From Takakia lepidozioides (taxonomy: Eukaryota; Plantae; Bryophyta): a DNA stretch of 64,000 bases. This document shows, piece after piece, positions 13,401-25,474 of the stretch. Under the pieces are notes generated by a model. The model was given only the letters and a program-made list of their open reading frames with translations, was not told where the DNA came from and made no database searches. Position numbers and translations under genes: made by a program. Numbering within the stretch: position 1 is the first letter of the stretch; every line of letters starts with the position of its first letter. The DNA is taken from positions 11,346,001 to 11,410,000 of the forward strand of contig CM060732.1 of assembly GCA_030704615.1 (NCBI GenBank), given 5' to 3'.

Positions 13401-16400
13401 TGAGCTGAACATTTCAATGTTTTAGGGTGCAAAATTTGGTCTTCAGGGGCACATTTCTGAGGATAAAATGAACCCTTCACTGTCAGCTCAAACAGTCTGC
13501 GGAACCGCACACTGTTTAAGCAGAACATATCAATATTGAAAGGCGCAACATTCGGCCCTCATGGGCTGATATCTGAGGATGAAATGAATCCTTTACTGCC
13601 AGCTCAAACAGTGTGCGGCAACGCACATTGTTTGAGCAGAACTTTTCAATGTTCTTTCCCTGTGAAAATCGGGAACATAGGGCAGGTCTGTGAGGATCAA
13701 TGAACACTTACCTGGCAGCTCAAAGAACACTTACCTGTTTGATCCCACTTTTTCATGCATCAGTCGACGTTTCATTCCTCTCTTATAAGAATTTGAGTGA
13801 ACAACCTTGCAGGAGAAAATGCAAAGTGTGGCGGATGAGGTCCCTCAGGGTCAGGGGAAGGAGACCATAGTTGATGTTGACGATGAGTTTTATGAAAGCA
13901 AAGCCGCTGAGATGCTGGGGGGTCAAAAGGTGAACTCTCAGCTTGTGGTTCAAAGTATGCTTGCTCCTGGTGGGAGGTTGAAGATTCCCCTGTGTAGGTT
14001 GGTTTCCATGCCCGTCGTTCGTCCACCCCTTGTCAAAGACATTCTCAAGCTGGAGGCCGAGTTTGTTCATGGGTATTTGGATGGATCCGCAGTCTTTTAC
14101 GTTTCTACTAGGGATTCTAGAGGTAACGAGCTCCTTGTGGATGAGTCAATCGTCGACTCCTGGGACCCCATTTGGAGACAGGTGAACGAATCCTTCGAAC
14201 TTCTTCTCTCCAGGAAACCTTCCACCCAGGTATTCTCGGGGAAGATGTTTCACGTTTGGGATGGCAACCACCGGTTGCTTGCATGGATGGCTGTCATTGG
14301 GAGGCTGCACTCACAGGAGGAAGAGTGGCATTACTCTGTTCGATCGATGGTGCTTGATTGTGACGACAACATGATGGGTCTTCTGACGGCAATGAATGAT
14401 GTGAACAGGTTGGTTTCTCATTGTACATGTTGCACTTCTGGTTCCGTTCTTCCTTGATTCAAGTCCTTGAATTACATTCTGAAATTCAGATATCATTCTG
14501 CAGAGGGACGGAGACATCGCATGTCAAAACGAGTCTGGTTCACACACTGTATAGGATACAAAGGATCGGGCAGATGCCCTTGACCAACTTCAAGACCATC
14601 CTTTCGGCAGAGATGTATAAGAAATGCGAAAGCTCCAAGACTTCGGAAACATGGTACTCGTTGACCCGTGAGGCTTTCATGGAGTACATGTACACGGTGA
14701 GATACATCTTCCTTCATCTGGCCTTTCCATATTCCTGCTTCCACATGTTTGTTTCTGTCTGTCTCCCTTGACCTTGGATTGATGCAACTCTCTTGCATTC
14801 CCTTGCAGCAAGACATTGCAGATGCAGGGGAGCGTGGCAAACTGGAATACTACAGCTCTACCCCTGAGGAGAGAAGGACAGCAAAGGGGGTTGAAAGTCA
14901 CATCCAGAAGGAGATGAACGCTACAAGAAGGACAATAATGAGTGCTTTTGTGAAGCAGTTGAGAATGGCCGACCCATCATTCGGGCCGCAGTTTCTCCTG
15001 GAGATAAAAAACCATTATAACAAGCCAGGCAAGCCGGAGATGGCCCAGGAGAAGTTGCACAGGTTGTCTACCGCCGTCGTGTCTTCTGAACAGAAGGTGA
15101 AGTGGCTACAGATATGGAACTCCGATCCCACAGTTAGGGATACCCACATGTTCCCAAGGCCAGAGAAAGAGAAGAAGACCCAGCGTGTCGTTCCTGTCAG
15201 TGACAATGTGCTGGACACCTGGCTTCACAAGGCCACTTACTGGAGCCAGGTGTGATGTCCTCTCGTATCTCACTTTCTTTTCTCTTTTCCTGTCTTTCTC
15301 TTCCCATTGCCTCTTACATTCGCTGTGACTGTTTTTGGGTTCATTCTTCCATTTCAATTGTTTTGCAGTTGGAAGAAAGGGCCCGATCGGTTCTGCATAC
15401 TCAGCTGGCTGACTATGGCATCACTATGACAGCTCCGAAGGTCTCCTTCGAAGCTTACATGAGGAAATGGAGAGCCACAGTGTGGCACTCTGGTTTCTTT
15501 AGAGAGTTCAGCAAGGAGGGTGGCATCAGTCGAACAAATGAGCTTGACCAGCAGGAAAAAGGAGAGGAAGCCTGGAAACGATGCCTTTACAGGTGCACAC
15601 CCTTGCACTCTTTACTTCTGTTGTGGTTGCAATGTGTTGTGTGGCATACTGTTTAAGGGGGTCTTCCTGGTGTGTTGAAAAAGCTGGGACACAATATGTG
15701 CATTGGAAAATGAGGCTGTGTCTGTTCCTGCAGGTACATTAAGTTTGTTCTCTTGGAAGAGAATTGCTTGGACAAACATCCAGATTTCGTGGACCTTTGG
15801 CTTGTCCCTGCTGGCAACCAGACCATGTTCACTGCTGGGATCTTGCATGACTGGGGCCCAGACCATCTTTCTTCTTGTGGTTGGTATTTGGATTGCCCTC
15901 CTTCAGAGACCCCAGCTGTAGAGTTGTCTTTGAGGAGAGAGAATGACCGTATTGCAGCCACTGCCGCAGCAGCGGACCTCGACATTCATGAGCGTAATCT
16001 GAGGACTCTTGCAGAGAAGGAGCCTCCCGCTCAGGATACCCCGGGTAGAGGAAGAAAGGCAAAGGGAAAAGATGTTGCTGGTGTTGTGGGGAAGGGAAGG
16101 GGTAGAGGGAAGGTGGCACAAGGGCAGGGAAGTGTTGCAGCTATTGGCCCTGTGGAGCATGTCCAGCAGACTCCACCGCATGGTAGGGGATCCGGGAGAA
16201 AAAACAAGGGGGTGGTTGATCCCAAGGACCCGTACCATGCAGTGGAACATCCCACGAGGGTCATTCGTCCAACCAGGTTGGAGATTGCCAACGTCGGGTT
16301 CCTTGCCATGATGGAGTCGAAGAAATCTGATTACAAGGGCGAGCCATCACCAGTGTGGGAGAGGATTGTCGAGTTCCTCAGCACGGTGCGTGTTCTCTTT

Positions 16401-17849
16401 GGGTTCTGTGGCTTCTGCTCTCTTTGTCTGCTGTGGGCATGGATCGTTTATAAACTTGTCAGAATTCCATTGTATTTTTGTTTGCAGGCTAAAATGACCA
16501 AATCGTGGGTGAACGGGAAGGAGAAGCCATATGCAGCTGAACTCATCATCTTGGACATCCCTGATGGGTTGGCAGTCCCGGATATCCCTCCATCGGGTGC
16601 TTGTCCGGGTTGGAATGCATTTGATGAGCGCTACTGGCGGTGGGTTTTTTCCTTTTGCAACTTCTTCCTTTCCGATGCAGGTGTTTTGGTTCTCATCAGT
16701 CCATCGATGTTCGGTGTCGTCGTGCCCTTGCCAGCTATTTGAAAGCCTCGGGCATGAGAGTCGTGAAGACATGGAATTGTGTGAACAGCATGTACCTTAC
16801 GAAGGGGGATCGTCCGGGAGAGATGGTGAGTTTCCCTTCTTCTTCCTCTTCTTTTTTGTTCTGGGATTGTGTTGTATAGGTCGCTCGAACTCATATGTAG
16901 GGGCCCGATTTTATTTTAGTTCTTAGTTCCTTGTGGATGTCATGTTCGCAGACTCGTCTGTTTGAAGCTGTTTGTCTCGTCCGGGTGCATCCACCAACGA
17001 CTCCGGCCGGCATTACGGAGTTTGCCATCACTCACGGGGGCAAGTTCATAGATGACAGGACAGATCCTCCCACGGATGACATGCATCACAACTACGTCGA
17101 CAGCAACGTGTGCTTGCGAAGGGGGAATGGGGTTCCTTGGAGAGGGGCGAGGGAGAGGAGCCCGGCTTTCATTCAAACGATTGTGGAGTGCTGCACCTAC
17201 ACAGACGCCAGAGTTCTGGATTTGTCGATGGGCACAGGTTCGTCTCTTCAACATTCACATTTCATGAGGTTTGATTGAGCTTGCACTTTCAGCACTTTCC
17301 ACCGTTCCGAATGTGTCTTCAATGTCTGCTTACTTCATTCTATTCCACTGCAGGTGCTTCGTACCACGCTTGCAAGGCCAGTGCGCGACATGTCTTTGGG
17401 ATTGAAGGGGTGGTACAGAGGAGACTTCTGACAAGGAGCTGGACTCCGACTTTGCCTGTGAGTAAGTTCAACCTGTGCATGCTTGCATTGTTGTTTCAAT
17501 ATCGAGAATCGCTGTTCTTGAGGCAAAGTGCACATGAGAGACATCCTCTTCGTTGGACTTGTGCATTGCATCATTGTGTTAAAAATGGGATTTTGTGGAC
17601 ATGTGTAGGAGTCCGCGTGCTTCCACTTGCCCTCCTGGGCTATCACACCTATTTGGACTTGTTTTCAATCCTCCTCGGTCTTGTGTGCTACCTGTCTATG
17701 CGGAGGCACTCGCAGCAAGCATGTCCGTTCATGGCACTCAGAGTCCACCTTGCGATGGCCTTCGTAGAACACGTGGTGTTGGGGCCAGAATCTTTGTAGA
17801 TGACATAGCACAGGAGGTGGACACTGATTGTGATGACTGCGACACTTGA
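10437..17849 (+). CDS. Spliced gene: acidic N-terminus + ParB/Srx-like domain + RG-rich linker + beta-class N4C/N6A DNA methyltransferase-like domain (one frameshift near 16710; 3' end uncertain)
   Basis: Phase-compatible GT..AG exons 10437-10748, 13813-14408, 14504-14696, 14809-15249, 15369-15592, 15734-16385, 16488-16825, 16952-17237, 17354-. ParB-type motif FHVWDGNHRLLAW. Motif IV-like ELIILDIPD comes before RERSPAFIQTIVECCT...VLDLSMGTGASYHACKASARHVFGIE (motif X-I-II pattern). Confidence 0.75.
10815..13725. repeat. Tandem array of about 25 units of 115/116 bp, each containing an 18-bp-arm palindrome
   Basis: Core CAGCTCAAACAGTGTGCG-GCAA-CGCACACTGTTTGAGCTG. GAAATGAACC recurs at 11041, 11156, 11271, 11386, 11502, 11617, 11733, 11848 and onward. 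There are two interspersed linker subtypes. Confidence 0.97.
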
Positions 17850-18360
17850 TATGAAGTATTCTTTTGGTTTAATTCTGGGACAAATTTGAAATGGGATGGT
17901 TGTGTGTCCTTATTGTCCTCTTTGCAATGTGTGCGTGGAATTCACATTCATGGTTCCAAACTATTGTTGGAGATGGGGGTTGCATGGACTGCCCGGATTG
18001 TTCCTTCAATATATTTGTTGTTTTGTGGACCTCACAGACTTGAGTACATTGCAAAAACAAACAAACCACTTTGGTTCGTTTACATCATTCTCGCATCATT
18101 TGCTAGTACGTCCCCAAACCATTCCTGCTAGAAGAATGGTTGGTGAATCCATCACGGTGAAGTCCACCTCATCAAAGACTGTTCAGGCATTCTCAATTCT
18201 CCCCACATCAACCCGCGGAAATAGGTGACACCACTCGGAAATAGGTGACATCCGCGGAAATAGGCACTGTTTGCATGCTGACGTGGCGTGAGCCTGTGCT
18301 GGGCTCACGCTTTCCTGGGATCACAGGCTCACGCCTCCAGGCTCACGGAATAGCACCCCC

Positions 18361-20680
18361 CTCTGCCGAGCCATCGGCCTCAGGATGATCCCAAGAAGTG
18401 GTGCGGTGGTCTATCAAGGCTTTATCACACAAAGCCTGAAACTCCCCCAAGAACTCTCTCCCTTGGTCCGTGAGTACCTCAGCTGGAGCACCAAATCGGC
18501 TAAGCACACGATCCAAGAAGGCATACGCAGCCCCCTCACTAGCCTTGTTAGGCAATGGAACCAACTCAATCCACTTGGAGAAGTGCTCCACCATCACCAA
18601 CACATATTTGTGGTGGCGCATAGTCAGTGGCAACGGTCCTGCGAAGTCAAGACTCCACCTGTAGCCCAATCCCATGATTGGTAAAGGATGCAATTGTGGT
18701 GTAGGGGCGTTGAATGAAGCACGCACCCTGTCACACACCATGCACCTAGCCACAAACTGTTGCACCTCTGTATGCATACCACGCCACCAATATTGCCCCT
18801 GTAGTAAACTGTGAGTGCGTCGCACTCCAAAATGCCCCAACTCCTCATGGCATGCCGCACTAACCGTGCACGCTGTGTGGGGTGAGGCACAATCCTCACC
18901 CGACCATCCTCCCACACTCGAAGTAGGTGTATCCCCTCCCACTTGAACCTCTTGGCTCGTTGCAGGATCCGATCCCTCTCCCTGGCAGTCACAGTGGCTG
19001 CCGTGTCTCCTGTGCGGAGGTAGTCCAACACAGCCGAATCCTCATGTATATCTCTGGCACCACCTGGCTCATCACTAGCCTCAGGGTCCTCAGACACTCC
19101 GTCTACAGTCATCCCTGTTGTAGGTCCAACCTGACCTCCCGATGCCAAGATACACAAAATACAGATGCGTGCCATCCCGGCACCATCTCCTCGTCCGTCT
19201 CACCATGCCACCGAGCTCCAGTGTCATCCTGCTGGCTCATGCATGGATTGCGACTCAATCCATCCGCATCCCGATTGACCAAACCCGGTCAATGCAAAAC
19301 CTGAAAGTCATACTCCTGGAGTATGAGTGCCCACCGTGCAAGCTTCCCCGTAAGCTTGTCTGACTTCATCAACCACTTGAGTGGCTGGTGATCCGTGACA
19401 AGGGTGAAAAGATTGTCGTATAGATAGCACCTGAAGTGTGCGACGGCCACACTACAGCTAAGCACTCTCCCTCATATGAGCTGTACTTAGCCTCTGCACC
19501 ATTGTTCGAGCGGCTAGCATAAGCCACTACGAACTCTCTTCCCTCATCATCCACCTGTGTGAGCACCGCTCCAAGCCCCAACATGCTCCAATCCGTATGC
19601 AGCTGAAAGGGACGCCCCTGATAGGTCGTCTCAGGATAGGCGCCGAGGTCAACCTCGCCTTGAGCTCTTGAAAAGCTCGTTCTTGCTCATCTTCCCACTG
19701 CCACTCCTGGTCCACCTTGGTCAGCTTGGTTAGAGCCTTTGCAATGGTACTAAATCCCTTGACAAACCGTCTATAATAGTTTGCCAACCCCATGAAAGCT
19801 CGAACTCGGCTCACATCCGTGGGGCGTGGAATTTGTGCAATGGCCTCTACCTTAGTCTGCTGTACCCCCAATCCTCCAGGATATATCATGTGACCCAGAT
19901 ACTCAATCTGGTTGTGGAAAAACTTGCACTTCCCCGGATGCAACTTCAATCCGTGCGCTCTCAAGCGCTCCAATACCACCTGAAGGTGTCTCTCATGCTC
20001 CTCCATCGTAACACTAAAGATGATGATGTCATCTATGTAGCACCGAGCAAAGTCCACCCCTGCTAGAATCCTATCCATGACTCTCTGAAACTCTGCAGGA
20101 GCATTCTTAAGCCCAAATGGTAAGAACCGCCACTGATATAGGCAATCCTTGCCGTGCTCATTGATCCCCCAGAATGCCGTCTTCTGCTTGTCCGCCTCCT
20201 TGATTGGCAACTGGTGATATCCGGATCGTAAATCCAAAGTGCTAAAGACCTTAGCATGCCCGATGGCATCAAAGATCTCCTCTGGTGTTGGCATGGCATA
20301 CTTATCGGACTTGGTCTGACGATTTACAGGCCGGTAATCACCGCACATACGTCTCTCCGTCCAATTGCCATAGACATCCTTCTTGGCTGGCATCACTGTG
20401 GCTGAAGCATACTCTCCACCAGAGAGCTCCACCAAACCTGCCTCCCAGAGATCTTGAGTCCTCATCTGAATCAAAGACCTCTCCATATCACTGTATCTAT
20501 AGGGTCTCCGAAAGATTGGCCTGTCAGTGGCCAACTCGATACGGATCTCTTGACCCTTTAGTGCTCCCAAGTCCTTCAAAGTGAAGGCAAAGCAATTCAT
20601 GTAAGCCCTCAGGAACCGCCGTATACGTTGTCTCTCTCCTTCGGTGACAATGGATCCAATGTCAAGCTCCCAATTGTCCT
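18361..20680 (-). pseudogene. Gypsy RT, RNase H and integrase N-terminal half (frameshifted)
   Basis: [32 protein letters not shown]; [19 protein letters not shown]; H..GHFG..YWW..C.VC zinc finger, WSLDF, LTDQGREF. Confidence 0.93.
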
Positions 20681-20738
20681 CCGTAACTGCAACCTTAAGT
20701 CCAGTCGGCTTAGAGGTAGAGGACGCGTCCAGTGGTTG

Positions 20739-22306
20739 CTATGTTGCAACCTCTTGAGCAGTACTCCCTATCTGTTTAGTCAGTGACAAGGCCTCATCCT
20801 GCCCCATCATCTCATCCTCAAGGACTTCCTCCACCCGAGAAAAATCCCCAACCTCATCTTTTATCGCCACCTTGGCCGCCAACTCCCTTTGAACCTCGAG
20901 CACCTCCCACGTGTGCCATGGATGCCTGCACCCCGTGGTCCTCATATGCTCGCCCCCACTCACTGCCTGTACCGTCTCGGTAGGCAGAGAGACCATCAAG
21001 GGAAGTGTACTCCGCACTCTGCATTGCTCAGCCATAGCCAAGCTGATAATCCAGGTCAAGCAATTGAGATCCATTGCTTGCCCCAACACTTGATGATGTG
21101 ATGCCTCAGAAAGAGACGACACCGCCGTGGTACCAGTGGTAAAACCCATTGCCCGCTCACGCTCGTCAGCATTAGGCTCCACTAACTGCTGCAACTGAGC
21201 ATCCCATAGGAGGCCAGGTCCACTATCCCGGAAAGCATGCGATCCTAGGAAGCTGAGCAGTGTAGGTAATGCTGCTCGTGGTTGACCCATCTTGTTGACC
21301 ACTGCCAAAGGCAAATGGTCATCGTGTCTCACACGCTGAGACTGCCTCCCTGTGTCCAGAATGCTATCCACTGTGAGATGTGCTGGCCGCAGCACCCCAT
21401 CAAATGCACGCTTAAGCAGTGCGGGTGGCATCAAGTTAGTCCACCATAGCCGTGGACGATGAGCCCGTGACCCCACTGTAGCTGCATCTAGCAACACTGC
21501 TGACCCAAGCCACGACCGGACTTGATGCACACTGGCCATCACCCTGGCCCGAGAATCGCCCATCAGTGGCACATTCTCCAAGATATATGCTGGAGATACA
21601 GCTTGATGAAGCTGCAAGTGGCGCAAAACCCGCACCATCTCCCAAAACAGACCCAACCTCGAGTCTCGCAATCCTTGTCATGCCCGGCTAATGAATGCCC
21701 TTGGCAGGGCCAACCTGCCACTACCAGATCAATGGAGCCAACCCGCCCCCAGCAACGAATGTCTGCTGGCAAGGCCTGCTGATATCCACGAATTGCAGAC
21801 ACCGACAACAACTCAGGGTACCGCTGCACCAACTGAGCAACATGGCGAAGTAAAACGCGTCGTGCAGTCTCATCCCTCTCCACATACAGGTAACGCCAAA
21901 CTCGTACACCTGCCTGTAATACAACAGCCAATCCGGTGCTGATCCCGCCAAACAAGTCCAGAAGACAAATGCCTTCATCCGGATACTGCCACACAATAGG
22001 TGTGGTGTCCAATGGAGACAACTGAGGTGGTCCTGGTGCAATCCCCCCACTCTCTTCCTCTCCTGATGGTACAAAAGCCTCCACCCAGGCTTGTTGCACC
22101 CGTCGATCAGCATCCCACTGCAAATCCTTGCTCGTGCCCCACAATGGAGTCTGAGCAACCATGGTAGGCAACTCCGCCATACCATACATGTCATCCTGAT
22201 CTCCCGGAAGTGGCACATCCTCTGAATGAGCGTTGCCCTCAAGCAACTCTCTAGGCCAACTCACTGCCGCTGTGAATGCTGCTAGTGTCGGCATCTTGCC
22301 CCGCAA
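20739..22306 (-). pseudogene. C5 cytosine DNA methyltransferase domain within pol (core about 21040-21980; frameshift near 21670)
   Basis: Motif I LLDLFGGIST, II YVERD, IV DLVVAGWPCQ (catalytic Cys), VI YILENV, VIII AHRPRLWWTN, IX ERERAMGF, X VLGQA. Confidence 0.9.
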
Positions 22307-22355
22307 CTCCTCCTATGAACGTCACAGGGAGCTGCACACGCCGGCCCTCCCTTGA

Positions 22356-22680
22356 CTACCATGCAGGCCTATAGGAAGCTGACTCCTCCCAAAAATTCAG
22401 GGTGAAGCCTATGGGGTACAACACTGCCCCACCAACCAGGACATTGTATGAGACCGCGTCTGTCACAATGGCCTTGGCTCGGAGACGTCTGTATCTGGAA
22501 AGGACAAGGCTCCATATCCGCCTCCGTGAGGCCCAAGCCTGCAATAGCATTCTGCCCAGCACAATGGCTGAGCTCCCGAGTCCAACAAGACCCGCAGTGG
22601 CCGGTATCTCTTGCCTGCCGGTCCACTCAAACAGAAAATGCCATCCTGGTTGTCTAACATGACAACTGCAGGTGTCACCA
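22356..22680 (-). pseudogene. Retropepsin aspartic protease (fragmented)
   Basis: RVLLDSGAQ active-site motif and downstream YNVLVGG flap-like motif. Confidence 0.75.
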
Positions 22681-23116
22681 TGGCGCGCTCAATGGCTGGC
22701 CTAGCTGGCAGCTCCATCAACCTAGCAGCTGCAGCTTGCCATGGCGTTGCTGTGGCAGTCTTGACCCTCAAATCCGAGGATCCCTCCGGCACTACACCTC
22801 CCACTATCTCCGCAGAAGATAAAGTAACCTCCCCACTCTCACAGAGTGTAGCTGCCAGCTTGAACACCTCAGCTGGTCTTACCCCCGGCGTCGCAATCAT
22901 GGTAGTCGAGAACAATGGAGCCTGGCACACAGATATGGCCGCTCCTAGTAGCACACTAGCTGTCGTAGCCTTGGCAACACTAGGTAGTGGTGCTACCCGT
23001 GTAGCTCTCCCCAATGCCATAGTAACCTCCGCCTCGGTAACAATCGGGCGAGAACTAGGTGCCATGGATGGCGTCGACACTGTCTCCACCAATGTGAATG
23101 ACTGAGGAAGCCTAGC

Positions 23117-24801
23117 CTAACGGCTTGCCTCCCCACGCTGTGGATCCAACTCCACCTCTGCACCTCGTGGCTCAGGAACTCGTGCTGCTCCTCGAGTCAC
23201 GGCTGCAGCAGACTCCACCTGCACTAGTGGTAGTGCTGCTCCACACATGAATCCCATGCCTCCCATATCTCCTCCCTCAGGAACAGGAGGTGGACCATCC
23301 AGCCTTAGAGCCGGTACCACCTGAGCTGTAGCCATGGCAGCGAGCCTCTGCTCTAGCTGCTGAAGCCGGTTGGCCATGCCTTGGTCATCCCCCTGACCTC
23401 CACGTCCTTGGCCATGTTGAGCTGGCCCTTGGCCTGCACCTCGTGGCTGGCCACCTTGTCCTCTCTGGGCTGCTCCACCTCACCCCCGGCCACCATTGTT
23501 CCCTTGGAACTGGCCTGGGCGCAACTCAGGATGCAAACCATAACACTGGGCCTCTCCATGCCCGTGCTTGCCACAATGCCCACACTGCAACTGTGGAGGC
23601 TGTGCATGTGCCGGCCCTTTGCCTCCCTCTGGGCAATCCTTCTTGACATGGGGTTCTCCACATGTCCAGCACACCACATCCGCCCGTTGTTGGCCAGCAA
23701 ATGAAGGGAGAGACCCCTGCATCTGAGGTCCTCTCTGCCCTTCCCTGGGCTTCATCTGAGCCCCCTTGTTGCCTTGAGCACATTGAGGTAGTGGTTGGCT
23801 AGGAGCACCACTACCCCGTGGTGTCTCCTTAACAAATCCCACCATGACCACTCGTTCCTCCACCATGTTGAGCTCTATCCGCTCTGCCAGCAAAAACACA
23901 TTTGCTAAGGTGGGTTGGGCCGTTTGTAGGAGAGTTGCATCCCGCACCCTTCTCCTCAGCTCCTTGTCCAATATCCCATACCAGAATTGGACTGCCTAAG
24001 CTTCCGTAACCCCTTGGGTTACATTTATCAAGCGCCTCATGCGAGTGAAAGCCTCCCTCAAGCTCTCGGTCGGCTTCCGTTGGAACTCTTGCAAGCTCCG
24101 CAACTTCTCCGTCATCACCCCTTGGTAGTTCCCTCTCAACTCTTCGAAGAACTCCACAACAGGGTTGAAGGCAGGCACGGGTACTAGTGCTGGTGTGGTA
24201 GTGGCTTGGGTGGATGTCGTAGCTACTGTACCACCAGTCTAACTAGTCCCTCTGCTACTTGCTGAAGCTGCCGGTGCAGCGGCAGGTGTAGCCACTGCCC
24301 TCGTGGCTCTAGTGCCCCTAGTGATGGAGACATAGTCGGTGACCAGTACATCCTCCACTCCTCGATCTCAACCTCATGCCCCCGCCTGAACTCATGGTAA
24401 TCATCCATAGGCGGCCCCTCAAGGTGCTGAAACAGCCCCTTCCATGCCATGAAAGGCGTAAATAGTTGTGGATTGCGCATTTGCTGCAAATCACACACAA
24501 CTATCAAACTCTTGGATAAAATCATCCAACTCGATGGTGCCCACCGCCCTAGAGTACCTTCGTGGCCCCTTGGTAGCTCCACATCTCCCTCCATTGTGTC
24601 CCACAACAATGGCAAAGAAACAACTTGCACCGCCGGTATGAGTCCTCTTGATTCACAATCCGAATCAGAACCTTCCGTAGAAGACACAGGAGGTGAAGGT
24701 GGCCTAAACCGCACACCTCGTCTCGTGTACCCACTAGTATCGCTAGTGCTCAGACCGGCACTGTCCCCAGCAACTAGTGGCACCTCCGTGTTGACACTCA
24801 A
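23117..24801 (-). pseudogene. Gag with two zinc knuckles (frameshifted)
   Basis: FQRKPTESLREAFTRM (MHR-like), CWTCGEPHVKKDC and CGHCGKHGHGEAQC. Confidence 0.8.
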
Positions 24802-25474
24802 CCGGTCATGAACATATCCCTAACCCCCTCTCCACAAGGTAACCGGGTAGAGAACCTGTTGCGGCTTATGGTTTGGAATACTAAGTTCCTAACATAGCCT
24901 ACACCTGTACCTGCATCCACTGCAAGCACTCCTATGGTTGGCTGGTCATCACCTCCAACCTCACCACAGGAGAAACAATGATGGTCTTGCTGGTCATCAC
25001 CCCAGCCTCACCATCGACAGCATGCTCTAGGACTGGACGGTGATCAAATCCGGACCAATCACCTATAAAAACAAGTGCCCATACAAAACTAGCATGGCGC
25101 ACAGTCAAGCATGCAGGTATGGAGGGATCCAAACACAGAAATCAGAACGACAACTCCCCCACACCAAAAACAACTCCACGGTGTTGCTCCTGCAATGACA
25201 CCCCAGCCCAAACCCGGACTGACTCTTGCCTCCACCTACGGAAAGGACTTGGCCTAATGAGAGGGTGGAAACTACGAGGAAGAGAAGCTAAAGCAATGCC
25301 TAACCCCAGCATGCCCTCATCCCAACACTCCACTCTTCTCTCCTCTCTTCCCTCACTTGCATGACGTGGGAATATCATGAAGATACTCCTCAAACCGCCC
25401 TCCACGAGCTTCAAAATTCGGCCTTCAAGACCACATACCAGTCCTTAGGCAGTCCACCAGTGCCTCCACAAGTC

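Larger units (their letters stand above)
5506..18360. mobile_element. Large Mutator-like element (MULE) with degenerate termini and a cargo gene
   Basis: 11-bp direct repeat CTCTGCCGAGC at 5495-5505 and 18361-18371 interrupts the integrase HPEADG.AER motif. CGTGAGC/GCTCACG motif clusters lie at both ends, and there is an internal MULE transposase. Confidence 0.88.

Noticed and set aside
11072-13707. Short ORFs inside the tandem array
   Set aside because: They are translations of the repeat unit within a predicted intron.
10815-13725. CRISPR array
   Set aside because: The segments between palindromes are two recurring types rather than unique spacers. There are no cas genes and the context is eukaryotic.
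13813-17410. Bacterial or phage contamination as the source of ParB-MTase
   Set aside because: The gene is split by multiple phase-compatible GT-AG introns and lies within a TSD-bounded eukaryotic transposon.
20739-22306. Host DRM/DNMT3 gene
   Set aside because: It is intronless, colinear between protease and RT, has non-permuted motif order, and lacks UBA or PWWP domains.
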